Origin: Cenarchaeum sp.
Lineage (GTDB): Archaea > Thermoproteota > Nitrososphaeria > Nitrososphaerales > Nitrosopumilaceae
Length of the DNA stretch: 64,000 bases
Assembly (NCBI GenBank): GCA_965212015.1
Contig: OZ243037.1
Location: 1,280,001-1,344,000 of the forward strand
Direction: 5' to 3'
Both the position numbers and the translations under genes were made by a program. Under the pieces are notes generated by a model. That model ran no database searches. It was not told where the DNA came from and saw only the letters and a list, made by a program, of their open reading frames with translations. This document shows, piece after piece, positions 47,438 to 57,515 of the stretch; within the stretch, counting starts at the first letter, position 1, and each line of letters starts with the position of its first letter.

Positions 47438-49372
47438 ATGCAACGTAAACAACAAAAAGAACTACCTACGACCCAGAACATAATGGCGACCATACTGCAA
47501 AGTATACCAAAGGAGGCGATGGTGACAAAGATCGAGTACGAGGGACCGCGAATCGCGCTTTATGCGAAATCACCCAGATACCTGATGGAAAACAACGAGA
47601 TAGTCTCCAACCTGGTCAACATAATCAAGAAAAGAATCGTAGTCAGGACCGACACGTCCATCAGAATGCCGGAGGAGGAAGCAAGAAAACTGCTCGGCCA
47701 GCTCGTGCCTGCCGATGCCAAACTCCAAAACGCCCTGTTTGACACTGCGACAGGCGAGGTGTCCCTGGAGGTGAAGCGGCCGTGGCTGCTGCAGCGCAAC
47801 GCCAAAGAGTTCAATCACGCGGAAATTACAGAAAAGCTGGGATGGAAGCTGCGCATCAGAAAGGCGACGACCAACCCGTCTAGCACCATCCAGACCATCA
47901 ACTACAACCTCAAGGTGTCCGTGGCGGATCGAAGCAAGCAGCTCAAGCAGATAGGCGACGAGATATTCAGGCCGCGGCTGGCGCAGAGATCCGAGGTGTC
48001 CCTGCTGACACTGGGCGGATTCGGCCAGGTGGGCCGCTCTTGCATGCTGCTATCAACGTCTGACAGCAAGATTCTGGTGGACTGCGGCGTCAATCCGGGG
48101 GCCTCAAGCACGACAGAGTCGTTTCCCCGGCTTGACTGGGCCAACATCACGCTTGATGATCTAGACGCCGTGGTAATAGGCCACGCCCACCTGGATCACA
48201 CCGGTTTTCTGCCTACCCTGTGCAAATACGGCTATAGGGGGCCGATTTACTGCACGGAACCGACGCTTCCGATGATGAACCTCATCCAGCTAGACGCAAT
48301 CAAGGTAGCCGCAGCGCAGGGCAAAAACCCGATATACTCGGATCGCGACGTCAAACAGATCATGAGGCAGGCAATCACGCTGCCGTACTCTACTGTAACT
48401 GACATCTCGCCGGACATCAAGCTGGTCTTTGCCAATGCGGGACACATTCTGGGCTCCGCGCTGTGCCACTTTCACATAGGAAACGGGGATCACAACTTTG
48501 TCTATTCCGGGGACATCAAGTTTGGAAAAAGCACCCTCTTTGAGGCGGCAAGCTGGAACTTTCCCCGGGTCGAGACGCTGCTAATAGAAAGCACGTACGG
48601 CGCAAAGGAAGACATCCAGCCGTCACGCCAGGAAGTCGAGTCGGCGTTTATCAATGCCGTAAACCACACGCTTGCCGACGGGGGCAAGATCCTGATCCCA
48701 ATACCCGCAGTGGGGCGTGCCCAGGAGATCATGATGGTAATTGATCATTATATGAAGTCCGGCGAGATGGTAGAGGCGCCGGTATTCACCGAGGGAATGA
48801 TATCAGAGGCGTCTGCCATTCACGAGGCGTATCCAGAGTACCTTGCCACGGAGCTTAGGCAAAAAATCCTAGAGACTGACGACAATCCGTTTGACTCTGA
48901 GTATTTTACAAACGTCGAGCATTCTGACAACAGGGAGGAGGCGCTAAGGGACGACTCGCCGTGCATCATTCTTGCGACGTCGGGAATGCTAGAGGGCGGG
49001 CCCGTGCTGGAATACTTTAAGCACATAGCGCCAGACAAGAACAACAAGATTCTCTTTGTCTCCTATCAGGTGAACGGCACGCTGGGAAGGAGGGTTCTGG
49101 ACGGATCACGGCAGGTCTCGCTTCTGGGAAACGCAGGCAAAGTCGAAGTCGTCAACATAAACTGCAAGATGGAAAAGCTCGACGGGTTTAGCGGACACAG
49201 CGACTATAACCAGCTAATCTCGTTTGTCCAAAAGCTCAGGCCGAAGCTCAGGCGGGTGCTGGTAAACCACGGGGAGAGGAGAAAGTCCGAAAACCTTGCA
49301 ATGACCATAAGAAGAATGTTCAGAATTCCATCCCACTATCCGCAAATTCAGGAAGCCGTAAAGCTATTTTAG
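47438..49372 (+). CDS. fttA: Beta-CASP ribonuclease aCPSF1 / termination factor FttA
   Basis: KH domains, HAHLDH, AGHILGS, FSGHSD, NHGE. Confidence 0.95.
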   Translation: MQRKQQKELPTTQNIMATILQSIPKEAMVTKIEYEGPRIALYAKSPRYLMENNEIVSNLVNIIKKRIVVRTDTSIRMPEEEARKLLGQLVPADAKLQNALFDTATGEVSLEVKRPWLLQRNAKEFNHAEITEKLGWKLRIRKATTNPSSTIQTINYNLKVSVADRSKQLKQIGDEIFRPRLAQRSEVSLLTLGGFGQVGRSCMLLSTSDSKILVDCGVNPGASSTTESFPRLDWANITLDDLDAVVIGHAHLDHTGFLPTLCKYGYRGPIYCTEPTLPMMNLIQLDAIKVAAAQGKNPIYSDRDVKQIMRQAITLPYSTVTDISPDIKLVFANAGHILGSALCHFHIGNGDHNFVYSGDIKFGKSTLFEAASWNFPRVETLLIESTYGAKEDIQPSRQEVESAFINAVNHTLADGGKILIPIPAVGRAQEIMMVIDHYMKSGEMVEAPVFTEGMISEASAIHEAYPEYLATELRQKILETDDNPFDSEYFTNVEHSDNREEALRDDSPCIILATSGMLEGGPVLEYFKHIAPDKNNKILFVSYQVNGTLGRRVLDGSRQVSLLGNAGKVEVVNINCKMEKLDGFSGHSDYNQLISFVQKLRPKLRRVLVNHGERRKSENLAMTIRRMFRIPSHYPQIQEAVKLF

Positions 49373-49642
49373 ATCGTATTCGGGCTTCCAGATCTTTATG
49401 TTCGGCGGCGCGATGATGATCCTCTCCTCGCCGAGCCTTACAATGTCCGCATCGGCGTTTTTTGCGATTGCATACAGCTCTTCTACCACCTTTCTTAGCT
49501 GGCTGACGTCCTTTTGTGCAAGGGGGGTGACCCTCAGGATCAGTATCAGGCCCTTTTTGATGTCCTCCTTTATGGAATGAACGTCGCTGGGGTCGCGTAT
49601 CGTGATTGCCTTGAGATATGTCGGACTTTCCTGCTTTTGCAT
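49364..49642 (-). CDS. sepF: SepF-like cell division protein
   Basis: IKKGLILILRVTPL...DIVRLGEERIIIAP. Confidence 0.8.
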   Translation of the reverse strand: MQKQESPTYLKAITIRDPSDVHSIKEDIKKGLILILRVTPLAQKDVSQLRKVVEELYAIAKNADADIVRLGEERIIIAPPNIKIWKPEYDLK

Positions 49643-49714
49643 CTAGCTGAAAAGAGCGTTCTACTTGTTCAAAAACTCTTCTTTGTCAGCTTGATTACAG
49701 CTGCAATTACACGC

Positions 49715-50722
49715 CTAGATTCTGAACCCCAGATAGTCTTTTTCTGCGGCGCAGCGGGCCGGGATTTCACTTTGAACCCCGTTGGTCTTGACAGTCACTC
49801 CGCATTCCCGGTCGTCGGGTGCGTCTGAATAGCGCAGCGTTACTGCGGCCGCAAGCGGCCCGTGCCTTTTTGCGGTACTTCCGCGTATCATGGACGTGGG
49901 TCCCATCTGATCTTTTGCCTCCAGTATGACGTCGTCTGCAAGTGCCAGCGCCTTTATCATCTCGTTTTCGTCGTGGTTTCTTCCCACGACAAGCTTGCAC
50001 GTCTCGTCGAGCCTGAAATGCCTGCCGACTTTGAGCAGGTCTATGTCGTTTGTAGTGGGAGTCTCTGTATGCCCGAACAGATCCTTTGCCCTCTTTCCAA
50101 ACGCGGGATCAGTCAGCAGGCAGCCGCCGCCGGCGTTGGGGGGGTTTTCTATTCCGAACTCCCTTGCCATTGCAAGCTGCTCCCTCCTTGATCTGCCGCG
50201 AATCATTCCCAGATCCTTCCTTTTTATCAGCCCGTCTTTTTCCGGATCCGTCGGGGGAAGCAGCGCAGCAGACAGCGGCCGCAGTATTTTTCCCTCAAGG
50301 CCAGAGTCCCGCTCGATCGTCTTTAGTGCGGGCCTGTGCTGGCTCATCGGCCTCTGTCCTACGACCTCTCCTGAAATTATAAACTCCGCGTCAATCTCCT
50401 TCATGTGTTTTTTTGCGGCCTCGAACATCATGGCCCTGCAGTCGATGCACGGGTTCATCCCGGCACCGAATCCGTGCTTTGGATTCTTTAGCATCTCGAT
50501 GTACTCGTCTCCTAGATAGACGGTCTTTAGGTTGACTCCCAGATCATCTGCCCTTTCGTGGATCTCAAAGCCGCATCCCCTGCCGCAGTCAAAGTCGCAA
50601 AACGGCGTCTTTATGGCGACGGCAGAGACCTCAAAGCCCTGCTTTTGCATCATTTTGACTGCAAGCTGGCTGTCCAGTCCGCCAGACAAGAGGGCCACCA
50701 CCTTTTTTTTCTTATCCTCCAA
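49715..50722 (-). CDS. ThiI/MnmA-like PP-loop tRNA sulfurtransferase with DUF814-type tail
   Basis: SGGLDS, NPCIDCR, GEVVGQRPMSQ, AGGCLLT, GRHFR, VGRN. Confidence 0.85.
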   Translation of the reverse strand: MEDKKKKVVALLSGGLDSQLAVKMMQKQGFEVSAVAIKTPFCDFDCGRGCGFEIHERADDLGVNLKTVYLGDEYIEMLKNPKHGFGAGMNPCIDCRAMMFEAAKKHMKEIDAEFIISGEVVGQRPMSQHRPALKTIERDSGLEGKILRPLSAALLPPTDPEKDGLIKRKDLGMIRGRSRREQLAMAREFGIENPPNAGGGCLLTDPAFGKRAKDLFGHTETPTTNDIDLLKVGRHFRLDETCKLVVGRNHDENEMIKALALADDVILEAKDQMGPTSMIRGSTAKRHGPLAAAVTLRYSDAPDDRECGVTVKTNGVQSEIPARCAAEKDYLGFRI

Positions 50723-50795
50723 GTGATCTCTCGGGTTTGCACCGCTATACAAACTTTGCATCATACATAAATTGCAACAAGCAAAACCACCTGTC

Positions 50796-51854
50796 ATGCA
50801 GGACAGGCAGTCACGGCTGGAGCAATTCACAAAAAAGATCGGATGCGACGTCCTGGTTACATTCGAGCCCGAAAACCTGTTTTACCTGACGGGTTTCTGG
50901 GGGGAGGCCATAGGAATGCTGCAAGACGGCGCAGTCTACATTATAGTGCCGGAACTGGAGGCCAAAAGGGCAGAGGAGGACTCTCCAGAGTCCGGCATAA
51001 TCGTCTCGCAGCGGGGCCGGCCGCTGATATCTGAGCTTGCAAAAAGAATCGGGGGCAAAAAGGCGTGCATTGACTGCCAGAGCCACGCCACAATGCAGTC
51101 CCTAAAGCACGTTCAGAACATCACCCATTCTGCCGAGCCGTTTGCAAATTCCAGGCTGATCAAGGATCCCGGGGAGGTGGCCGTCCTGCGGCAGGCATCG
51201 GCCATAATAGACGGGATGTTTGAGCTGTGCACCCGGAAGATAAGGCGGGGACAGAGCGAATTGGAGCTGCAATCCGCACTAATGTCGTACGCACACGAGC
51301 ATGAAATGTTCGCCACGGGCTACAGGTATACGCTAAACCCCCTGATAGTCGCCGCAGGCCCCAACGGCGCGCTGCCGCACGCGCAGGTGACGGGCCGCAA
51401 GTTTGAGGGCGGTGATCTGATTGTCGTGGACCTGACGCTGAGGTACAGGGGGTACGTCTCTGACTCTACGAGGACCTTTGCGCTAGGTGCCATACCGGAC
51501 GACGCCAGACGGGCCTATGATATAGTGAGGGAATCCCAGAGACTCGGACTTGATGCGGTGGGGCCGGGCGTCACATCAAAGTCAGTAGATGAGGCATGCC
51601 GAAGATACATTGCCGAAAACGATTACGGGCAATACTTTGTGCATTCCACCGGCCACGGCATAGGACTGGACGTTCACGAGCCGCCGTCGATCTCGCCGGG
51701 CAGCGACGCCGTGCTGTCTGAGAACATGGCCATAACGGTAGAGCCGGGGATATACGTCCCCGGCAAGTTCGGCGTGCGCATCGAGGACTCGCTGATAGTG
51801 GGAAAAAAAACCACGGTAATGCACAAGTTTACAAAGGAGCTAATAACGATATGA
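50796..51854 (+). CDS. Xaa-Pro aminopeptidase (M24)
   Basis: YVSDSTRT, HSTGHGIGLDVHE, EPGIY, GVRIED. Confidence 0.93.
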   Translation: MQDRQSRLEQFTKKIGCDVLVTFEPENLFYLTGFWGEAIGMLQDGAVYIIVPELEAKRAEEDSPESGIIVSQRGRPLISELAKRIGGKKACIDCQSHATMQSLKHVQNITHSAEPFANSRLIKDPGEVAVLRQASAIIDGMFELCTRKIRRGQSELELQSALMSYAHEHEMFATGYRYTLNPLIVAAGPNGALPHAQVTGRKFEGGDLIVVDLTLRYRGYVSDSTRTFALGAIPDDARRAYDIVRESQRLGLDAVGPGVTSKSVDEACRRYIAENDYGQYFVHSTGHGIGLDVHEPPSISPGSDAVLSENMAITVEPGIYVPGKFGVRIEDSLIVGKKTTVMHKFTKELITI

Positions 51855-51858
51855 CGGA

Positions 51859-52719
51859 TTATTTTCTGGCAGTGGAAATGAGCACCTCCCACGGAAAGGC
51901 AATCCTGCCGTCATAGCCCGTATACGGGACTGTATTCTGCCTGACCAGCCTGCGCAGGTTCCTTTTTTGATCCACGGACAGCTTGCCTATTTTTTCCCTG
52001 AGCGGGGATGCCATGTATCTCTGGTAACTGTCCCAATAGCTCCTGAATCCCCCCACACCGTGTACAAAGACAAACCTGTTTGTGCGTATTTTTGTAAATC
52101 CCGCCCTTTGCAACTCGCCTTCAAGGGCGGACTTTGTGCCAAACCTGTCCAGCTTGGGGCCCTCCGGATAGTCGGGGATGAACTTTGTCACCGCATCTGA
52201 GATGCAGGTGAAAAACGGCACGTTGCACCCGTGCACGGACACTGCAATGGTCCCGTCCTTTTTTAGAAAACGCCTTGCGTTGAGCAGCACCTTTTGCGAG
52301 TCGGCAAAGAAAAACAGCGCGTACTGGCAGGTAATGACGTCGAATTTCACGTCGAAATGGACGGTCTCTGCGTCTGCCAGCACAAAATCGACGCAGTCCT
52401 GCCGGACAAACTTTTTTGCAATCTTTAGCGCCTCGGCAGAGAAATCCAGCCCTATGACGCTTCCCTTTTTGCCGATTCTGGAGCGTATGTCTTTTGTAAC
52501 TGCGCCTGTACCGCATCCCAAATCCAGGACTGCATCGCCCCTCCTGATTCCTGCGCGGCTTGCCAGCTTTTTAGTGCACTTAAAGGGCCCCCTCTCCGTG
52601 CTTGCCCACCTCCTGTGGTATCTGGGGGCAAGCTCGTTCCATATCCTGATCGTCCTGTTCTTGTATGCGCTGTGATCAAATCTGTGCTGCGTCAAGCACG
52701 AAAAGACCCGGCGGCCCAT
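51859..52719 (-). CDS. Class I SAM-dependent methyltransferase (UbiE-like)
   Basis: VLDLGCGTG, GLDFS, DAE, FDVITC; start uncertain. Confidence 0.88.
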   Translation of the reverse strand: MGRRVFSCLTQHRFDHSAYKNRTIRIWNELAPRYHRRWASTERGPFKCTKKLASRAGIRRGDAVLDLGCGTGAVTKDIRSRIGKKGSVIGLDFSAEALKIAKKFVRQDCVDFVLADAETVHFDVKFDVITCQYALFFFADSQKVLLNARRFLKKDGTIAVSVHGCNVPFFTCISDAVTKFIPDYPEGPKLDRFGTKSALEGELQRAGFTKIRTNRFVFVHGVGGFRSYWDSYQRYMASPLREKIGKLSVDQKRNLRRLVRQNTVPYTGYDGRIAFPWEVLISTARK

Positions 52720-52922
52720 ATTTTATTGGTTGGGGGCAGCGGTAAATGGCGGCCCCGCACGATACCGGAAACCCCGGCAGGCAATGTGTGCGGGATTGGA
52801 CATGCAATCCGGGCATGCCTCTTGCAACCCGCCAAAGGCCCGCCGGTGCAATGCGGCAAGAACGCGCCTACGCGCCGGTGCACAGTCACAAACTTCATAT
52901 AATTTTCCAGACCAGCCGGATC

Positions 52923-53117
52923 ATGGCCTCTAGGGAGATATGTCTGGGAGTAGGAGTACCCATGATGGTGGTAGGCGGACTGATCGCACTGCTCTGGGCT
53001 CCCGCAGTGGAGGAGCTTGGCGGGACTGCAGAGTTTGTAGGCAGCCTGATTGGAATTCTGGGCGCGGTCTTTTTCATCTCTGGGCTGTTTTATGCAAAAC
53101 AACCGGTTTTGCACTGA
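52923..53117 (+). CDS. Small two-TM protein
   Basis: MASREICLGVGVPMMVVGG..., two hydrophobic helices; TATAA upstream. Confidence 0.65.
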   Translation: MASREICLGVGVPMMVVGGLIALLWAPAVEELGGTAEFVGSLIGILGAVFFISGLFYAKQPVLH

Positions 53118-53161
53118 TTCGGTGCCATTGAATAAATAATGACGGAAACCCAGCAGATTCG

Positions 53162-53875
53162 ATGAACGTAAGGCTGTTTGAGATATTCACATCCGTAGAG
53201 GGCGAGGGGATTCTCTACGGCACAAAGACCCTCTTTGTCAGGCTGGCAGGCTGCCCGTTCAAATGCTTTTACTGCGACACCCCCGATGCCCTCCCGCCTG
53301 ACTCCGGCGAGCAGTATACCGTTAAAGATGCGTGCAAAATGATAGAAAAAAAACTAGAGCCCAACACCTACAAGGTGAATTTTACCGGCGGTGATCCGCT
53401 GGTACAGTCAGACGCACTAGCAGAGATGGCAAGGTTTGTCCAGTCGAAAAAAATCCCGACCTATATCGAGTCGTCGTGCTATGACTCTGAAAAATTCGCC
53501 AGGGTGATACCGTTCATCGACTATGTCAAGATCGAGTTCAAGACAGAGGATTCCGAGTTTGTCGAGGCGGCACACTATCCGCGGCTTTTCCAAAACGCAA
53601 TCGAATGCCTGAAAACCTCGCTTGAGCAAAAAAAACACACGTACGTCAAAATAGTGGTCAGCTCAAGGACCGGCACGGACTCGTTTGGAAGGATGGTTGA
53701 CTCTATATTCCGGGTCGCATCCGGCAGGGACATTGCGGGGTTTGTCATACAGCCGACACACGGCATTGCAGAGCCCAGCTTGAAGCTTTTGCTCGGGTTG
53801 TATGATCTGGTCTGGCCTCTTTACAGGGAGGTGCGCATAGTCCCGCAGCTGCACAAAATAATCGGCGCCCCCTAA
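53162..53875 (+). CDS. queE: 7-carboxy-7-deazaguanine synthase
   Basis: EIFTSVEGEG, FVRLAGCPFKCFYCDT, TGGDP, PQLHK. Confidence 0.92.
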   Translation: MNVRLFEIFTSVEGEGILYGTKTLFVRLAGCPFKCFYCDTPDALPPDSGEQYTVKDACKMIEKKLEPNTYKVNFTGGDPLVQSDALAEMARFVQSKKIPTYIESSCYDSEKFARVIPFIDYVKIEFKTEDSEFVEAAHYPRLFQNAIECLKTSLEQKKHTYVKIVVSSRTGTDSFGRMVDSIFRVASGRDIAGFVIQPTHGIAEPSLKLLLGLYDLVWPLYREVRIVPQLHKIIGAP

Positions 53876-54164
53876 ACCCCGTACCGTGATTCCCCAGCTA
53901 AAGGAACAATCCGCATGACGCCATACAGTCCGCCGCCGGCAAAGCCCGATCCCAGGCTCTGCCGTGTTTTTTGCCGTCCGCAGAATCCGATCCGCCGTAC
54001 TGCCAGACGGCGCAGCAGACGGGAAAACAAAAAACAATCCGCGACGACTGCGCGATGCGCGGCCGCAAGCTCGCATCCCAACATTTGGCAATCTGCAAAA
54101 CAGATCGCGCAACCTGCCGGCCGCCGCTCCATACTTTCAAATACCGGCTAGACTATCCAAAGGC

Positions 54165-54719
54165 GTGAACCACGACAGGATAAAAAAGCTGGTCAGGGAG
54201 CTGATAATCGAGCTTGGCGAGGATCCCACGCGCGAGGGGCTCAAAAACACCCCGGAGCGGATTGCAAGCATGTACAAGGAGATCTTTGGCGGATACGATT
54301 CTGATTCTGAGCTGTCAGTCCAGTTCTCAGAGGACTCTGACGTGGTAATTGCCAGGGACATCCAGTTTTATTCCATGTGCGAGCACCACATGCTGCCGTT
54401 CTTTGGCAAGGTGCACATTGCGTATACCCCAAACGGCAAGGTCTTTGGCGTCTCCAAGCTAGTCAGGCTGGTTGAAAAATACGCAAAAAGGCTGCAAATC
54501 CAGGAGCGGCTTACAAAAAACATCGCCGACGAGCTGCACATGCAGGGGGTAAAGGGGGTCGCCGTGGTGGCGGAGGCAGAGCACCTGTGCATGAAGATGA
54601 GGGGGGTCAAAAACGACGCCAGGATGACTTCGAGCGCGTTTAGGGGGATATACCGGAGCAATCCCGAAAAAGCCAGCATTGTATCCATGATTCGGTGCCA
54701 GATGCCAGATTCTTCGTGA
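54165..54719 (+). CDS. folE: GTP cyclohydrolase I
   Basis: [35 protein letters not shown]; start trimmed to GTG 54165. Confidence 0.95.
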   Translation: MNHDRIKKLVRELIIELGEDPTREGLKNTPERIASMYKEIFGGYDSDSELSVQFSEDSDVVIARDIQFYSMCEHHMLPFFGKVHIAYTPNGKVFGVSKLVRLVEKYAKRLQIQERLTKNIADELHMQGVKGVAVVAEAEHLCMKMRGVKNDARMTSSAFRGIYRSNPEKASIVSMIRCQMPDSS

Positions 54720-54764
54720 CTGCATGCTGAAAAATTAAATAACGAATATTTTTGGACTATTCTT

Positions 54765-55106
54765 ATGGTACACAACAATGTCCACATTCCAAAGGAGTCG
54801 TGGCCCAACTGGACGTGGTACGCGCTGGAATTCGGACTTGTCCTTGCCATCTCTATGGTAATAGCATGGAAGATCTCCGATCACATACTGTACGACGTGG
54901 CCTCCGTCCTCGGACACGGCGCCGTCCTGGAATCATGGGCCGGCATATCTGTCCATTCGGCCGACTTTAAGGGACTTGATGACGCCATAGAGGGAAGCAT
55001 AGTCGCAATGTCAAACTGGATATTTTATGGCATAGTGGGCTCGGTCTTTGGCACATGGTATATAGTGATACGGGGATTTGTCCTCAAAAAGAAGATCTTC
55101 CGCTAG
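54765..55106 (+). CDS. Two-TM hypothetical protein
   Basis: Hydrophobic helices; stop overlaps queC stop. Confidence 0.7.
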   Translation: MVHNNVHIPKESWPNWTWYALEFGLVLAISMVIAWKISDHILYDVASVLGHGAVLESWAGISVHSADFKGLDDAIEGSIVAMSNWIFYGIVGSVFGTWYIVIRGFVLKKKIFR

Positions 55107-55780
55107 GATCTGGCGTATCTCGTCCTGTCCAGGATGCCTGCCTTTTTGAACGCGTTTTTCCTATTATTACACGACTCGCATTTTCCACAGTGGTACCTTT
55201 TGCCCTCGTAGCAGCTCCACGTCTTAAAGATGGAATCGCCCAATTTCCTGTATCCCGCCTTAACCAGATCGTCCTTTGAGAGCCCCTGCCTGTACGGGCT
55301 CCAGATCTCCAGCTTGTTTCTCACGCCTGTCCTTATGCCGTCTGCCTCCCCCTGGTTAAAGGCCGACTGTAGTTTTTTTGCAAAGCCCGGCCTGCAGTCG
55401 GGATAGCGCACATCACCTGTGTGTGCCCCGTATGCGACAAGGGACGCATCCATGGTGTACGCCCATGCAGATGCAATCGACAAAAACACGGCGTTGCGAA
55501 TCGGAACCACTATGGAATAGTCAAACTTTTCGGGAATGCTCCTCCTTGAATCAGTCAGTACGTTTGTCCCCCCGTAAAGATCCCTCATAAAGCCAATGTC
55601 CACTATCCTGTGCTCCCTTAGGCCCACCATATCTGAGAACATTTTTGCCCTGTTGATCTCCTGGCCTGCGCGCTGCCCGTACGAAAACGAGATGCCGTAC
55701 AGCTGGTATCCGGGCCTCAAGAGCACGCACGAGCACACAGAGTCAATCCCGCCGCTGAACACGACTACTGCCTTTTTCAT
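55103..55780 (-). CDS. queC: 7-cyano-7-deazaguanine synthase
   Basis: SGGIDS, YGQR, VPIRN, YPDCRP, TWSCY..HCGKCESC. Confidence 0.95.
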   Translation of the reverse strand: MKKAVVVFSGGIDSVCSCVLLRPGYQLYGISFSYGQRAGQEINRAKMFSDMVGLREHRIVDIGFMRDLYGGTNVLTDSRRSIPEKFDYSIVVPIRNAVFLSIASAWAYTMDASLVAYGAHTGDVRYPDCRPGFAKKLQSAFNQGEADGIRTGVRNKLEIWSPYRQGLSKDDLVKAGYRKLGDSIFKTWSCYEGKRYHCGKCESCNNRKNAFKKAGILDRTRYARS

Positions 55781-56706
55781 GGAATCCCCCCGATCACAGA
55801 TGCGCCCCTGCTTGGCCTGCAGACGACCGTCCTGCATTTCGTGCCAGCCGAGCCGAATCCCTCCTCCATCGACCCTGCAATCTTTTTCAGGTCCGATGAT
55901 TTGCTGGCAAAGGCGATTACCGACGGTCCCGCACCGCTGATGGTGACTCCCAGCGCGCCTGCATCCAGCGCGCCGGATTTTATCCTGGAAAATCCGGGAA
56001 TCATGCGCAGCCTTGCCGGCTCTACTATCGCGTCTCTGACTGAGCTGCCTATGAGCAGCGTGTCCTTTTTTGCAAAGCCCGCCACCATGGATGCCGCGCT
56101 TGAAATATTCTTGACGCAGCATTCCAGCCCGACTTTTTTTGGAATCACGCCCCTTGAAATCTCTGTCTTTCTTGCCGGGGTCTTTATACTGGGAATTGCC
56201 ACGCACAGGGCGAGATCACGCGGGGGACTGATGCCTATGACGTCAAGCGGATCGTCTCTCACTATGACAAAGCCGCCAAGCACGGAGGCTGCCACATTGT
56301 CGTAATGGACCGCACCTGCGCTTGCCTTTTCCCCCATGCCTGCAAAACGCACAAGCTCGTTTGAATCAAGCCCCAGGCCAAAGAGTCCGTCAAAGGCCAC
56401 CGCTGCCGCCGCCGCCGAGGCCGCGCTGCTGCCCATGCCGAATCCCGTCGGAACCCCCTTTTTGATCCGTATCTCCAGGCCGCCCCCTGTCTTGAAATTT
56501 TCGGACATTTTTTTTACCACGATTCCGGCGGTATTTTTTAGCGGATCGACTGGGATCTCGCCGGACGTTTTTATGGTGATTCCCCCCTTGGTCCTGCTCA
56601 GCACGACCTCGTCGAAAAAGGCGTCAAGGGCCAGCCCGAACACGTCAAAGCCCGGGCCCAGATTCGCAGTCGATGACGGGGCCCTCGCCCCGACACTGTC
56701 TGCCAT
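55777..56706 (-). CDS. thrB: Homoserine kinase
   Basis: ANLGPGFD, GMGSSAAS, HYDN, SGAGPS. Confidence 0.95.
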   Translation of the reverse strand: MADSVGARAPSSTANLGPGFDVFGLALDAFFDEVVLSRTKGGITIKTSGEIPVDPLKNTAGIVVKKMSENFKTGGGLEIRIKKGVPTGFGMGSSAASAAAAAVAFDGLFGLGLDSNELVRFAGMGEKASAGAVHYDNVAASVLGGFVIVRDDPLDVIGISPPRDLALCVAIPSIKTPARKTEISRGVIPKKVGLECCVKNISSAASMVAGFAKKDTLLIGSSVRDAIVEPARLRMIPGFSRIKSGALDAGALGVTISGAGPSVIAFASKSSDLKKIAGSMEEGFGSAGTKCRTVVCRPSRGASVIGGIP

Positions 56707-57459
56707 CTAGGTCTCCTCCCCGAGATTCATAATCCTGCTCAGCGTGCCTTGCAGGCCGGCCATTCCGTCGCCTGTCGCGCTAGACACGGGAATCAGTCCC
56801 CCCGCATGGTCGCCAAAATCCAGGCCGCGCATGATGCTTGCAGTCAGCGAAAAAACGTCCCCGTCTGCCTCCCTTGAAATTGCGTCCTCCATGTACTGCG
56901 GATCCGTAGACCACCGGAGGATCTCGGCGAGCTTGTCTGCCACCAGATCCGTCTTGGTCAGCACGTTTACGGCCGGCACCCCGAGCCGAAGCCTGATTGA
57001 CGCGGCAAGAAGCGACACCGATGCAAAGTTTACCGGAGAATCTACCAGCGTTCCGTCAAAAACAAAGACGGCCATCTTTTCCTCGCATGTCAGGTTCTGT
57101 ACTAAAAACGGGCCGCTGGACCTGTGTGCAAACAGCTCCACCTGCCCGGGGGTATCGACTAGGAGATAGTCCGGGTTTACGCGCTCCACCTGGGTTTTAA
57201 TGTCGTCGATTTTTGCCGCAATCAGATCGCTTGCCATGACTAGCGCGCCGTTGGGGCCAAGCCCGTACTGCCTCATTATGGAGACGATATCTATGTGATC
57301 CCGCACGTCCACATCGCAGGCATACGGGAGCTCCTCGACGCCGGGATCCAGGTTCAATATGGCGCAAAACTCGTCGTTTTTTGCATAATACTCGTTTATC
57401 TTGGATGTTAGAAGGGATTTTCCCGCCCCCGCAGTGCCTGTAATAAAAATTGACTTCAA
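56707..57459 (-). CDS. GPN-loop GTPase
   Basis: GTAGAGKS, NLDPG, LGPNG, DTPGQ. Confidence 0.93.
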   Translation of the reverse strand: MKSIFITGTAGAGKSLLTSKINEYYAKNDEFCAILNLDPGVEELPYACDVDVRDHIDIVSIMRQYGLGPNGALVMASDLIAAKIDDIKTQVERVNPDYLLVDTPGQVELFAHRSSGPFLVQNLTCEEKMAVFVFDGTLVDSPVNFASVSLLAASIRLRLGVPAVNVLTKTDLVADKLAEILRWSTDPQYMEDAISREADGDVFSLTASIMRGLDFGDHAGGLIPVSSATGDGMAGLQGTLSRIMNLGEET

Positions 57460-57515
57460 TCTTTCGCCATATTGGCTATCATTCGCTTATATTTGAATCC
57501 ATAAAAAACCACACA

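Noticed and set aside
53162-55780. dpd-type 7-deazaguanine DNA-modification island
   Set aside because: No dpdA/TGT-like gene or mobile context; housekeeping archaeosine precursor pathway is sufficient
55781-56206. queC N-terminal extension in the ORF track
   Set aside because: Overlaps thrB in another frame; queC starts at ATG 55780 with a 4-bp overlap
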